Source of the DNA: Microcoleus sp.
GTDB taxonomy: Bacteria > Cyanobacteriota > Cyanobacteriia > Cyanobacteriales > Microcoleaceae
NCBI GenBank assembly: GCA_052279835.1
Contig: CP181291.1
Coordinates: forward strand, 1,920,001 to 1,984,000
DNA length: 64,000 bases
Reading direction: 5' to 3'
Every line of letters begins with the position of its first letter. Positions within the stretch are counted from its first letter, which is position 1. Below, one piece after another: positions 20,686-31,291 of the stretch. The notes beneath the pieces were generated by a model. The model saw only the letters and a program-made list of their open reading frames with translations. It was not told the DNA's origin and did not search any database. Position numbers and translations under genes: made by a program.

Positions 20686-21708
20686 ATGGCTCCCGCCGTT
20701 TTAATTGAAAATCTTCAGAAACGCTACGGCAATGTAGAAGCCGTTAAAGATGTTTCCTTCAAGGTAGAACAGGGGGAAATATTTGGTTTGCTAGGCCCCA
20801 ACGGTGCTGGCAAAACCACCACCCTGCGCGTACTTTGTACTTTGACAGCGCCAGATAGCGGACGTATTGAAGTGTCTGGTATTTCTGTTGTCAGTCAGCC
20901 GAGAATTGCTAGACAGAGACTGGGCTATGTGGCTCAAGAAGTGGCTCTGGATAAGGTATTGACGGGCAGGGAACTCCTGCAACTGCAAGCAGCGCTTTAC
21001 CATTTGCCACGCCATACCATTAAAGGGCGGATTGATAAAATGGTCAAACTCCTCGGTTTGGAGGAGTGGGAAAATAAAAAGACTGGTACTTATTCCGGCG
21101 GGATTCGCAAGCGTTTGGATTTGGCTGCTGGATTGCTACACCAGCCGGATGTTTTGGTGTTGGACGAACCGACTGTCGGGCTCGATATTGAAAGTCGGGT
21201 GGTAGTCTGGGATTTCTTGCGTCGCTTGCGGGAGGAAGGGACTACGGTTTTGATTACGAGTCATTATCTCGAAGAAGTGGATGCTTTAGCCGATCGCGTG
21301 GCGATTATTGACAAAGGGACGGTGATTGCTGAGGGGACACCGGAGGAGTTGAAAAATCGGGTTGGGGGCGATCGGGTGACTTTGCGGATTCGGGAGTTTT
21401 CGCCCATCGAAGAAGCCGAAACAGCCAAAACGGTGATGGAATCTTTGCCTTTTGTGCAGGAAGTAATTGTCAACCAGGCTCAAGGAAATTCTCTGAATTT
21501 AGTAGTAACACCCCACAGCGAGGCGCTGGTGACAATTCAGCAAGCTTTGAAAGATCTGGGATTGCCTATTTTTGGGATTGCTCAATCTCGGCCGAGTTTG
21601 GATGATGTGTATTTGGCGGCGACTGGTAAGACGCTGCTGGATGCGGAGTTGGCTGCTGCGAGTAACCGGGATTTGAAGGCTGAGCAAAAACAGGCGATGC
21701 GATCGTAA
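20686..21708 (+). CDS. ABC transporter ATP-binding protein (DrrA-like)
   Basis: GPNGAGKT, YSGG, LDEPT, SHYLEE; C-terminal PSLDDVYL. Confidence 0.93.
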   Translation: MAPAVLIENLQKRYGNVEAVKDVSFKVEQGEIFGLLGPNGAGKTTTLRVLCTLTAPDSGRIEVSGISVVSQPRIARQRLGYVAQEVALDKVLTGRELLQLQAALYHLPRHTIKGRIDKMVKLLGLEEWENKKTGTYSGGIRKRLDLAAGLLHQPDVLVLDEPTVGLDIESRVVVWDFLRRLREEGTTVLITSHYLEEVDALADRVAIIDKGTVIAEGTPEELKNRVGGDRVTLRIREFSPIEEAETAKTVMESLPFVQEVIVNQAQGNSLNLVVTPHSEALVTIQQALKDLGLPIFGIAQSRPSLDDVYLAATGKTLLDAELAAASNRDLKAEQKQAMRS

Positions 21709-21731
21709 ATTAAATATCTCTAAAAAATCCT

Positions 21732-21754
21732 GCCGGTTCAAGACCGGCTTTTTT
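21732..21754 (+). terminator. Intrinsic terminator
   Basis: GCCGGT-tcaag-ACCGGC followed by TTTTTT, between convergent genes. Confidence 0.65.
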
Positions 21755-21762
21755 AGAGATAC

Positions 21763-22401
21763 CTAATGCTCAACAATCACCGACGTTCCCACTTCTACCT
21801 TCTCAAATAAAGCCTGGGCGTCTTTATCAAACATTCTCACACAACCATGAGAAGCCGCCCGCCCGATCGACTCTGGATTAGGAGTACCATGAAAACCAAT
21901 CACATTCTTACCATCAGTCCAAAACCCAATCCACCTACTCCCCAAAGGATTGTCCGCCCCCGCAGGAACAAGTTCCCCAGTCCAAGGATGTTCCCAAACT
22001 GGATCTTTGATCATTTGCAAAACTTTAAAATTGCCCGTAGGAGTTTCCCAGCCACCTTTTCCCACAGCCACGGGGAAGCTGGCTTGCACCTTATTTTCTC
22101 GGTAAACATAGACGCGGCGTTCTCGCAATCTTAGCACCAAGCGCACTTCCTCAATAGGAGTTACCGGAGGTTTTGGTTCCTGGGGAATATACCGAGATGC
22201 TTCTGGCAATGCTGGTAATTCTGGTGTTTCGATATTGGGCAATTTCACCTGGGATGTTGGTGACTCCGAGGCGATCGCACTATGATTAAAATTAGCCCTA
22301 GCTTCTGCAACAGAAAGCGCGACCACACTCAAACTCAACAGAATTAACTTACTCAACAAAGATTTGCTGTTCACCATGTTGTTTTTCGCTAAACTCCTCA
22401 T
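21763..22401 (-). CDS. L,D-transpeptidase (YkuD)
   Basis: Signal peptide; ETPTG, NPLG.RWI, IGFHGT, SHGCVRM. Confidence 0.92.
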   Translation of the reverse strand: MRSLAKNNMVNSKSLLSKLILLSLSVVALSVAEARANFNHSAIASESPTSQVKLPNIETPELPALPEASRYIPQEPKPPVTPIEEVRLVLRLRERRVYVYRENKVQASFPVAVGKGGWETPTGNFKVLQMIKDPVWEHPWTGELVPAGADNPLGSRWIGFWTDGKNVIGFHGTPNPESIGRAASHGCVRMFDKDAQALFEKVEVGTSVIVEH

Positions 22402-22578
22402 CAGCAGTGTCCACGAACTTTAGATCTCAAATTATGCCCAACCAGCTCGATTATAATCTTTTTTGAAATTCTCAAAAATTTACTACCGGGGGGATTAAAC
22501 TGGATTAGGTCTAAAGGTGGGGACTTTCGCACAGCGAAAGCAAACCCAACCCCAAATAGCAATTAATGTGAGGTTTCA

Positions 22579-23085
22579 ATGCGTCTTCAGAACATCAAAT
22601 TATTGACCAGTGCCACCCTGTCGGTGGTAGTTTCAGCATTATCAGTGCATCCAGCGATGGCTAACCCTGCAACTCTCATCGCCCAAACCCAGAGCACCAC
22701 AACAACCACCACAGAAAGCATCACAGGTATTGTCAAAAGTATTGTCGGCGACATCATCACCATTCGCCCCGAAAATGAGCGATACAGGACTCTGAGGATT
22801 CAAAAATGCGTCCTGAAAATTACCGGCCTCGTACCAGGAATGAAAGTCAAAGCCATGTTCCGAGGCTCTCAGGTAGAAAATATCATGGTCCTCTCCAAGT
22901 ATAAAGTGATAGCTTCACCAGTTGCTACCACCACCACTCCCCGCGTAGAAGCGCCACCGGCTCCAGAACCAGCCCCAATTCTACCAGCTCGTCCCGCTCC
23001 CCGCGTCCAACCCGCAACACCTCCTCGTCCACTACCCCCTCCAGCTCCCCGTCCAGCCCCACGTCCCGTGAGAGGACTTTGGTAG
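22579..23085 (+). CDS. Exported Pro-rich hypothetical protein
   Basis: Signal peptide (..HPAMA), short beta domain, Pro-rich tail ending PVRGLW. Confidence 0.7.
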   Translation: MRLQNIKLLTSATLSVVVSALSVHPAMANPATLIAQTQSTTTTTTESITGIVKSIVGDIITIRPENERYRTLRIQKCVLKITGLVPGMKVKAMFRGSQVENIMVLSKYKVIASPVATTTTPRVEAPPAPEPAPILPARPAPRVQPATPPRPLPPPAPRPAPRPVRGLW

Positions 23086-23107
23086 ACTTATCTTTGTAGA
23101 TAGAATT

Positions 23108-23140
23108 AAGCCACCACCCTAAACGGTGGCTTCGCTTTTT
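23108..23140 (+). terminator. Putative intrinsic terminator
   Basis: AAGCCACC-N9-GGTGGCTT followed by a T-rich tail. Confidence 0.55.
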
Positions 23141-23388
23141 CCTAGGAATTGGCATCTGGCTTCTAGGGCAGCCGAAGTGTGATATCAATTCCGGTTGTAT
23201 GGGAATGATTTAACCGCGAAGGCGCTAAGGACGCGAAGGAAGAGAAGAGAGAGTTTAATACAGGGCGATGAAGAGAGGATTTTATATGAAAACCATCACC
23301 AGCTCAAGCTCATGTCTAAAGGCAGGGGTTTTGCTGTGGTTCTTCAGTGATAATAGGATTTTCGAGCATTGATTGAGAAATTGCTGCT

Positions 23389-24729
23389 ATGTATAATCTG
23401 CGTTTCTTACTGTTAATTTTACTGCTCCCGGTGGTGGCGTGCTCACCAGCTACAGATGCTCAAGCTCCTAGGATTTTGGCCACCACCCCCCTGTCCCAAA
23501 TTCCCTCGCAAGCAAACACCAATTCTGCAACCAGTCAGAGCATACCCACCAAGGTACTATCACCACAACCCATCCGCATCAGCCCTGGAAACTTACCTCA
23601 GCCTTTTGCTACCGACAGCGCCTCCAAACCCCCTCAAGTCATACCCCCACCCCCATCGCCAGTGCTGCGAGTCCCTGCGGGCTTTGTAGTCAACGTTTTT
23701 GCAGAAAACCTGGATGCTCCCCGATGGCTAGCCTTGACACCCACAGGCGATGTTTTAGTCACCGAAACGCGACAGAATCGGATTACCCTGCTCCGGGATA
23801 CCAACGGCGACGGAGTTGCGGAAGTTAACCAGACTTTTGCTCAGGCAGAAAATGGGCTAAACATTCCCTTTGGGATGGCCTTTGGTCAAGGCTATTTCTT
23901 CCTAGGAAATACGGCAGAAGTTCGCAGATTTCCTTATAAAACCGGACAACAAAAACTCACGGGAACAGGTCAAAAAATAGCCGATTTACCTGGTGGTGGC
24001 TACAACCAACATTGGACGCGGAATGTTGTGATGTCGCCGGATGGTAAGAAACTTTATGTATCAGTTGGTTCCCAGTCAAATGCCGATACTGAACCCCTAC
24101 CAAGGGCATCTGTACAGGTGATGAATTTGGATGGAAAAAATCAGCAAACTTTTGCCTCTGGCTTACGCAATCCCGTAGGATTAGATTTTCACCCTTCCAG
24201 CGGGCAACTTTACGCCACAGTCAACGAACGCGACGGTTTGGGAGATGATTTGGTGCCAGATTACTTGACCAGAATTCGTCAAGACCAGTTTTACGGCTGG
24301 CCCTTTGCTTATTTTAAGCCGAATCTGCTCGACCCGCGCCACGTCAAAAATGGCCGCAGCGAGCGACCAGATTTAGTGGCGAAAACACTGACACCAGATG
24401 TACTATTTCAAGCACATTCAGCCGCTTTAGGACTGCAATTTTATGACGGCAAAACCTTTCCCAAAAAGTACCGGAATGGAGCATTTGTCGCATTTCGTGG
24501 CAGTTGGAACCGCAACGCTGGAACGGGTTACAAAATCGTGTTTGTACCTTTCAATGCCAATTTCCGTCCCGAAGGTTATTATGAAGATTTTCTGACAGGT
24601 TTTCTCACCGAGCCGTCAGTACCGAAAACCTGGGGACGCCCCGTTGGTTTGCTAGTATTGCCTGATGGGAGTTTGCTGTTTACTGAGGAGGCAAATAACC
24701 GGATTTATCGCATTCAGTATCGCGGGTAA
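23389..24729 (+). CDS. PQQ-dependent sugar / L-sorbosone dehydrogenase family lipoprotein
   Basis: VVAC lipobox; HWTRN, GLRNPVG, VNERD.LGDDLVPDY, HSAALG, GSWNR, GRPVG. Confidence 0.88.
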   Translation: MYNLRFLLLILLLPVVACSPATDAQAPRILATTPLSQIPSQANTNSATSQSIPTKVLSPQPIRISPGNLPQPFATDSASKPPQVIPPPPSPVLRVPAGFVVNVFAENLDAPRWLALTPTGDVLVTETRQNRITLLRDTNGDGVAEVNQTFAQAENGLNIPFGMAFGQGYFFLGNTAEVRRFPYKTGQQKLTGTGQKIADLPGGGYNQHWTRNVVMSPDGKKLYVSVGSQSNADTEPLPRASVQVMNLDGKNQQTFASGLRNPVGLDFHPSSGQLYATVNERDGLGDDLVPDYLTRIRQDQFYGWPFAYFKPNLLDPRHVKNGRSERPDLVAKTLTPDVLFQAHSAALGLQFYDGKTFPKKYRNGAFVAFRGSWNRNAGTGYKIVFVPFNANFRPEGYYEDFLTGFLTEPSVPKTWGRPVGLLVLPDGSLLFTEEANNRIYRIQYRG

Positions 24730-24942
24730 TATAAAATCCTCTCTTCCGGGGAATTATGAAACTCTCTCTTCTCTTCCTTCGCGTCCTTAGCGCCTTCGCG
24801 GTTAAATCATATCAAATCCCGTAGCATCTGAATTATTCAGACCTCTATTCTCTCCCTCTGTGTCCTCTGTGTTCTCTGTGGTTAAATCATTCCAATACAA
24901 CCGTCAACAATATAACGAGATAATCTGCGGTCAAAAAATTCC

Positions 24943-26007
24943 CTACAAAATCGAACTCAACACAATTTCATTAGCAACAATCCATTCATAAATATCTTGC
25001 AAAGCAGCTTCGGGGCTAATCCTAGGTTGCCATCCAGTGCGTTCCATCACCCTAGAAGAATCAGTAATAAAAATGGGAATATCCCCCGCTCTTTCCTCCA
25101 AAACAGGATGAATGGGAATGGATTTTCCCGTAATTTTTTGGCACAAATCTGTTGTTTCAATTAAAGAAAGACTGTGGCTGCAACCACCTCCGACATTAAA
25201 CACTTCACCGTCAAATTCAGCAAAATTTTCTAACTGATAATTAACTAACCGCAACAAGTCTTCAACGTGTAGTAAATCCCTAACTTGTTTGCCACTGCCA
25301 CCGAAACCGATATAATTGAGTGACTTTTGAAAATAGTGGGCAGCTACCCACAAACCGCACACTCCCTGATCTACTTTGCCCATTTGCCAAGCACCAGTAA
25401 TTAACCCGCAGCGGTTAATAATTGCTGGTACATTGTAAGCTGCTCTGTATTCTTCAATCAGCAATTCTGAGGCTAATTTAGTTGCTCCGTAAAGGGAGCG
25501 ATTTCCTTTGAGAGGGAAGTCTTCAGAAATGCCTAATTCGGATATTCCAGGTATGGTTTGATTTGGGGCGATCGCAAATCTGGACTCCGACTCCCATAAT
25601 TTGATAGACTTGACAGTGGCGATCGGGTAAACTCGACTCGTAGACAAAAACAATAAACTCGCACCCGTTTGTCTCGCCAACTCCAAAATATTCACAGTAC
25701 CCAGTAAATTCGTCTGCAAAACATACTGAGGCGAACTAAAACCCGCCAGCACCGAAGGTTCCGCAGCACAATCGATAATGCAGTCTACATTCAGCGCCAC
25801 CGGATCTAAATCACCGGCACACCGAATATCCCCATACACAAACTCAATCCCGGAACTTTTCAGCCGAGGTAAATTCAATTCCGAACCCCGGCGGCGCAGG
25901 TTATCTAAACAAATTATCTGCCATTCCGGGTGCAGTTTCTTGATGCCAATCGCCAAGCAACTGCCGATGAAACCAGCACCACCAACAATCAAAATTCTTT
26001 CAACCAT
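24943..26007 (-). CDS. NAD-dependent epimerase/dehydratase (CDP-paratose 2-epimerase-like)
   Basis: GGAGFIG, YGATK, GKVDQG, GSGKQVRDLLH. Confidence 0.85.
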   Translation of the reverse strand: MVERILIVGGAGFIGSCLAIGIKKLHPEWQIICLDNLRRRGSELNLPRLKSSGIEFVYGDIRCAGDLDPVALNVDCIIDCAAEPSVLAGFSSPQYVLQTNLLGTVNILELARQTGASLLFLSTSRVYPIATVKSIKLWESESRFAIAPNQTIPGISELGISEDFPLKGNRSLYGATKLASELLIEEYRAAYNVPAIINRCGLITGAWQMGKVDQGVCGLWVAAHYFQKSLNYIGFGGSGKQVRDLLHVEDLLRLVNYQLENFAEFDGEVFNVGGGCSHSLSLIETTDLCQKITGKSIPIHPVLEERAGDIPIFITDSSRVMERTGWQPRISPEAALQDIYEWIVANEIVLSSIL

Positions 26008-26012
26008 GCGCT

Positions 26013-26783
26013 TTACAAAATTTCGTTGGTAGTCAGGACTTTAGTCCTTAATTCACTACGGTGATAGTCACCACGAGAAAGATGTTTTTCTAGCCAGACA
26101 TAGAGTACAATAAATAAATACCGACTGCCCATTTCTTTAATCTTCAGCTTGGAAATACCGGCAGTCCGATTGTACCATCTTAGAGGAATTACATCATAGG
26201 AAAAACCCCTCACAATTGCTTTGAGGGGAAGTTCTACAGTTAAATTGAAGTGATGGCTCAAAATCGGCTGTACTCCCTCAATCACTTCTTTGCGGTAAAT
26301 CTTAAAAGCATTGGTGACATCGTTGTAGCGTAAGCCGAAAATAGTTTTGACAAACCAATTTGCTAAGCGGTTAATGGCTAGTTTGTGAATTGGATAGTCT
26401 ACCACAAAGCCGCCTTTGATGAATCGGGAACCAAAAACGCAGTCATATCCCGCTTGTAATTGGCGATATCCTGCTACTAAATCCCTCGGATCGTCGGAAG
26501 CATCCGCCATCACAATGGCGACAGCATCGCCCTCAAATTCCGCCAATCCCCGCCGCACGGCAAATCCGAAACCGTTGGGTGGTTGATTGTTGATGTATCT
26601 AACTGTGGGAAAAGTCTCTGATAATTCTTGGCAAATATTCAGGGTGCGATCGACACTATTGTCATTCACAATCAGAATTTCGTGCTCAATGGCTTCTAAA
26701 TCGAGCGTATGGGCGATCGCCCGCACAGTAGCTTCTAAACAGCCCTCCTCGTTGTGAGCTGGTATAATCACAGAAATTTTCAC
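26013..26783 (-). CDS. GT2 polyprenol-phosphate glycosyltransferase (DPM1-like)
   Basis: VIIPAHNE, VNDNS.D, MADASD, FGSRF, D.TNAFK.YR. Confidence 0.85.
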   Translation of the reverse strand: MKISVIIPAHNEEGCLEATVRAIAHTLDLEAIEHEILIVNDNSVDRTLNICQELSETFPTVRYINNQPPNGFGFAVRRGLAEFEGDAVAIVMADASDDPRDLVAGYRQLQAGYDCVFGSRFIKGGFVVDYPIHKLAINRLANWFVKTIFGLRYNDVTNAFKIYRKEVIEGVQPILSHHFNLTVELPLKAIVRGFSYDVIPLRWYNRTAGISKLKIKEMGSRYLFIVLYVWLEKHLSRGDYHRSELRTKVLTTNEIL

Positions 26784-28540
26784 TCCTCATCCTCCACTGT
26801 TACCCTAGCGCCACCGCGCAACTTGACAAATTGGTTGTCCACAGGATTATACACCCAAGCTTTGATTTCCGTTTGGGCGATCGGCAAATTATCACCCGAC
26901 AACTCAACCGCCCATCTAGCATTCCTGTAAACCTGAGACTTCAACGTCTGAGCAATGTCGGGACTGTCTAAGTTGACATAAGCATTAGCAAAAAAAGATT
27001 GTTTATCCCCGACCGATAACAGGATAATATTAGGCTGTGGCAAATCTTCTGGTAACACAGCCCATCCCGTAGCTTTCATAGCAGTATTTTGGTTAATTGT
27101 CAAGGAGCGATCGCCGCTTTGCAGTTGGTCAAAATAGCCGTAAACTTTCTCAGAATTAGCCACAAATTCTACATTTTTAGCAGAACTTCGCCAACCTATT
27201 TTATCAAGAACTAACGCCCCTTCTCTAACCAACCAAGTTTTCTTGCTCAGCACCCTCAAACAACTTTCCGGTGAATTTTGGAAAAAATCCGACGGTTCCA
27301 GATAATTAATCAACTCCAAACAATCTTTGCCACCTTGTTTGTAAGCAAATGCAGCTTGAGACTGAGCCACCGCCTGTCCGGAATTAACAATAATTATCCC
27401 AATTAGCAACCCGCATAACACCTGATAAACAAGTGTATATCGGCGATTCAAGCTAGCAATACTACCTCGCACAAATAATTGCCCAAGCTGAACCAAAGCA
27501 ACTAGCAACAAAATCGAATTCGTCGTATATCGCGACGATTCCAGCGCCTGAACTGCCCCAAATTGCGCCCTACCCACCGTAATAAACAGAGCCGAAATAA
27601 CCGAAAACAAACCTAGGGACAACCAAGGTACTGAGTCATGATGCTGTCTCATATTTTTGGCAAAATAGCATCCCAAAAATAAGAAGCTTGCCAATATTAT
27701 CAATCCCACCAATGCGGAAATACCAGACAAACGAACAATTGGCGAACCCAACAAACTCAAAAAATAATCAATTACCACAAGGGGCTGATGCAGTAACGCA
27801 AAAATATTTGTTTTCCGACTAGGATGATAATCAATTGAGTAAATACCACAAGTTGCCACAAACAGCAACATCCAGACAATAAGTCTTTTTCTTTTCTGTG
27901 CCACATTTCCTTCTAAAGCCATCACCGCCGGAATTGCAGCCAACCAAGAAAGCAAACCTTGAGCCAGAGAAAAACTAGCAATAAAGCAGAATAAAGCAGC
28001 AAGGGATATTTGAATACTAGCCGATATTTTTTTGGGTAAAATCAGACAATAAACCGCAGCGACGAAACAAAAATTGACTAAAAACCAAGCGAGTTGAAAT
28101 CCCCACAGCCAGTTTTCATGCTGAACCAGGGAACAGACCAAAATACAAGTTAAAATATTAGCTAAATGCCAGAAGTTATCGCCGCCATTCTGAAGCTGTA
28201 TGGCTGATAACTTGTAAATAGCCACAAAAGTTAGGATAGCCAAACCAATACTGAGACACAGCGGATAATTAATATTCCATCGGGACAAAAAAGCCAGCAT
28301 AGCCATCATGATTTTGGGGAACACTATCCGGTGATTGCTGTGCAAAGCCCAAACATCATTAAAAGTTACATTTCCCCCAGCTATTTTTGCAAAAAAACTA
28401 GCCAACCTCCACTCGTCATCAATGGGAACGTTAACGCTAAAATTCGCAACAAATCCGATTAATAAAAGGACGGGAGTGAAATATAAAGTAAATAACCAGA
28501 GGATTTTTTTCATCAACGTGCGATGGATTCCATACACCAT
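26780..28540 (-). CDS. Multi-pass membrane protein (GT-C-like) with C-terminal soluble domain
   Basis: Many transmembrane segments, acidic PIDDEW in the first loop, SSRY motif; overlaps the GT2 start (GTGA). Confidence 0.6.
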   Translation of the reverse strand: MVYGIHRTLMKKILWLFTLYFTPVLLLIGFVANFSVNVPIDDEWRLASFFAKIAGGNVTFNDVWALHSNHRIVFPKIMMAMLAFLSRWNINYPLCLSIGLAILTFVAIYKLSAIQLQNGGDNFWHLANILTCILVCSLVQHENWLWGFQLAWFLVNFCFVAAVYCLILPKKISASIQISLAALFCFIASFSLAQGLLSWLAAIPAVMALEGNVAQKRKRLIVWMLLFVATCGIYSIDYHPSRKTNIFALLHQPLVVIDYFLSLLGSPIVRLSGISALVGLIILASFLFLGCYFAKNMRQHHDSVPWLSLGLFSVISALFITVGRAQFGAVQALESSRYTTNSILLLVALVQLGQLFVRGSIASLNRRYTLVYQVLCGLLIGIIIVNSGQAVAQSQAAFAYKQGGKDCLELINYLEPSDFFQNSPESCLRVLSKKTWLVREGALVLDKIGWRSSAKNVEFVANSEKVYGYFDQLQSGDRSLTINQNTAMKATGWAVLPEDLPQPNIILLSVGDKQSFFANAYVNLDSPDIAQTLKSQVYRNARWAVELSGDNLPIAQTEIKAWVYNPVDNQFVKLRGGARVTVEDEE

Positions 28541-28753
28541 TCTATATCATTTGCGGTTGCAGAATCAGGTGGAAGATTAACAGTCAACATCACCTGACGG
28601 TGCAACCGAAATTGATATTCTACCGTCAGGGCTATGCCAAAACCCTATTTTCCTGATTTTCAAGAGAATGAGCAATATAGCAATCCTAAATCATTTGTGA
28701 ATTTCTTACTCCCTCCCCTTCATAAGGTCCGGGTTGGGGTGGGGTAAAAAACT

Positions 28754-29554
28754 TTACGACTCATTTAGGACTGCTATAGCAATAACCGTGATATTATCAT
28801 TACCACCATGTTCCAAAGCTTTGTTCACACATTCTTCAGTTAGCCTTTCCGGGGACTCTCCAAACTCCTCCACCAAACTTCTCAATTCTTGATTATTAAC
28901 CTCTCCATTCAATCCATCACTACACAACAACAACACATCACCCGCAGACCATTTTCGCACCACCGGTAACTCTGCACTATCCCATTTTGGATCGACCGAA
29001 AATTGACTGTTTTCCTTCCCTCCCAAACAAGAGTTTACCACAGAACGCATCGGATGAGTTGGAATATCTTCCTCCGTAATTCGCCCCAAGTCTAACAATA
29101 CCTGCACCACAGAATGATCCGCTGTAATGTAGGGTTTAGTTCCTGGGGTGAAATGATACAGACGACAGTCCCCAGCATAGAGATGCAGGTATTCTGTCGG
29201 AGATATAATCGCCGCTACTATAGTTGTCCCCATCCCAAATAATTTAATCTTTTCACAAGCAGCTTCTTGGATGGCTTCGTGAGCATCGTAGAAACAGTCT
29301 AGCAGAAGATTGTGTTGCTCTTCCTGCGTCTCAGGTAAAGGTTTTTCTAGCAATTTTCCAAAGGTATCTATCGCAATTTTCGATGCTATTTCTCCTCCCC
29401 TGTGTCCCCCCATACCGTCGGCGACTACAGCCAGCATAGTTGATGTTCCCGGCCACATTTCTCCTAGATAATTGTCTTCATTGTTGGGGCGAACTTTGCC
29501 GGGGTCAGTTTTGCTAGCAAACACTAATTCTGACTGTTTTAGTAAATTATCCAT
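28754..29554 (-). CDS. PP2C-family Ser/Thr protein phosphatase
   Basis: R.NNED, VADGMGGH, GMGTT, GDCRLY, LLCSDGL, GG.DNIT. Confidence 0.95.
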   Translation of the reverse strand: MDNLLKQSELVFASKTDPGKVRPNNEDNYLGEMWPGTSTMLAVVADGMGGHRGGEIASKIAIDTFGKLLEKPLPETQEEQHNLLLDCFYDAHEAIQEAACEKIKLFGMGTTIVAAIISPTEYLHLYAGDCRLYHFTPGTKPYITADHSVVQVLLDLGRITEEDIPTHPMRSVVNSCLGGKENSQFSVDPKWDSAELPVVRKWSAGDVLLLCSDGLNGEVNNQELRSLVEEFGESPERLTEECVNKALEHGGNDNITVIAIAVLNES

Positions 29555-29948
29555 CAGCTATTACCTCTAGTTCAATATTGCCAAGTTTGATGATATCGCC
29601 AGTTTTCAGAATCTCAGGATTTGAGGGCTGTCTCGGTGCTGTTGACACCAGTTTCTTGTCATTGACAAAAGTACCGTTGGTGCTATCTAAATCGATGATT
29701 TGTAGTTTACCTTCCACCCATTCAATCACCGCATGGCGGCGAGAGATGCCAGATTTGTTGTCGATTTTGCATTCACTTAAATCGATATCTGCTATGCTCA
29801 TGGGAGCGTCGCTGCGACCGATGATGGCTCGTATTTGATTCAGGGGAAACTTCTGGTTTGCACCACTACCGTTGCGTACCAATAGTTTAGCGTTATCTGG
29901 TGTCAGTCGTCCTTGATAAATTGGATCGGACCCAAAGCCATTACTCAT
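29547..29948 (-). CDS. FHA domain protein
   Basis: IGR, ISRRHA, DLDSTNGT, GDIIKLG. Confidence 0.93.
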   Translation of the reverse strand: MSNGFGSDPIYQGRLTPDNAKLLVRNGSGANQKFPLNQIRAIIGRSDAPMSIADIDLSECKIDNKSGISRRHAVIEWVEGKLQIIDLDSTNGTFVNDKKLVSTAPRQPSNPEILKTGDIIKLGNIELEVIADG

Positions 29949-31186
29949 TTTGTACCTCCTAATTCTCGTGAATCTCTGAGTAATTTCGTGGTTCTATTGG
30001 CATCTAATTTGCCACTTTTTTCCAATTCTTCTAGTTGCTTATCTAGTTGATTTACTATATCAGTTTGTCCGGCTTCCTCGGCATTATATCTGGCTTCTTC
30101 TAGTTGTTCTTTTTGCTCGTTAGGGTCGCTGGTGCGAGTCACTTCGTTGATTTTGAGGTTAATCATCCAGCAGCAATAATCTTTCTTGATTTCCTCATTT
30201 ACTTTGTTTTGTTTTTGCGCTTCACGATGACTTGTGGTATAATTAATAGCAGCTTTGGCTCTGACTGGATTAGTGATTCCCTTAGCTGTGAGTTCCACAG
30301 AAATTACGTCTTTGTTACCTGTGGGTTGACCAAATTCGGCTTTGGGAATTTGGAGTTGGATTAATAAATCTGTGGGGGAATTCGCGGCGATCGCACCAAT
30401 GGTTAATTGATTTTTCGCGGTTTCTTCTAGGGGTAAATATTCGGGGCGGTAACGACAAAAGCCTTTGACTGTCACTCCGCTGCTAGGTATTAGCTGGATG
30501 ACGGTGTTTTCGGTAGCCATCGCCTGACATTCGCTTAGTCTTTTTTGGAGTTGGGGTTGCAGGCTGGTTGGGGTATCGGCAAAGATAAATGAACCTCGCC
30601 CTTTGTCGCTTAAATCTGTCAGGAATGCTGTATTGAAATTGTTGGCATTTCCTAATCCCACGGTGTTGAGAATTATGCCTTGGTTGGCTAGTTGTTGGGA
30701 GCGATCGATCAAAACCCCCGTATCATCTAAAATAACTCCTTGGGGTGTGGTAGCATGGCCGTCGGTAATCAAGATTCCCACCCGCGCGACTCCGGCTTCT
30801 GGGGGTAGGGCGTTTAGTATCCAATCTAAGGCTAAACCGGTGAGGGTAACGCCTCCTGCTGTCAGTCGGGAAATGGCGGTATTGGCGGGGGCAAGGGCGG
30901 CGGCACCACCGGGTAAAGATTGCAGCAATGGTGTTACACTGGTGGAGAATCCGGCTAAGGAAAGGCGATCGGCATCGCGCAATTGAGCAACAACAGCGCG
31001 GCAAGCTTCCTTAGCCCGTTGCAGATTTTCTCCTTCCATGGAACCGCTGGTATCGAGGGCGATGGCGATTCGCAAAGGTAAACCGGGGCCACCGGATTGG
31101 GGACGTATTCGGACTCGCAAGATGTGTGTTGTATCTTGGGCTGTCATTTTGGCTGGAATATCCCAGTCAAGTTCTAGGTTGAACAT
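29945..31186 (-). CDS. von Willebrand factor A (vWA) domain protein
   Basis: MIDAS DTSGSM, GGVT, ILITDG, VGLG. Confidence 0.9.
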   Translation of the reverse strand: MFNLELDWDIPAKMTAQDTTHILRVRIRPQSGGPGLPLRIAIALDTSGSMEGENLQRAKEACRAVVAQLRDADRLSLAGFSTSVTPLLQSLPGGAAALAPANTAISRLTAGGVTLTGLALDWILNALPPEAGVARVGILITDGHATTPQGVILDDTGVLIDRSQQLANQGIILNTVGLGNANNFNTAFLTDLSDKGRGSFIFADTPTSLQPQLQKRLSECQAMATENTVIQLIPSSGVTVKGFCRYRPEYLPLEETAKNQLTIGAIAANSPTDLLIQLQIPKAEFGQPTGNKDVISVELTAKGITNPVRAKAAINYTTSHREAQKQNKVNEEIKKDYCCWMINLKINEVTRTSDPNEQKEQLEEARYNAEEAGQTDIVNQLDKQLEELEKSGKLDANRTTKLLRDSRELGGTK

Positions 31187-31291
31187 CGTGTGATTTTTTT
31201 AGTCGAAATTGTATCTGGCTTGTTTGTTATTTTACATGAATATTATATTTCCGAACAGTTAGAAAAATTCAACTGCAAATTTCAATATTCG

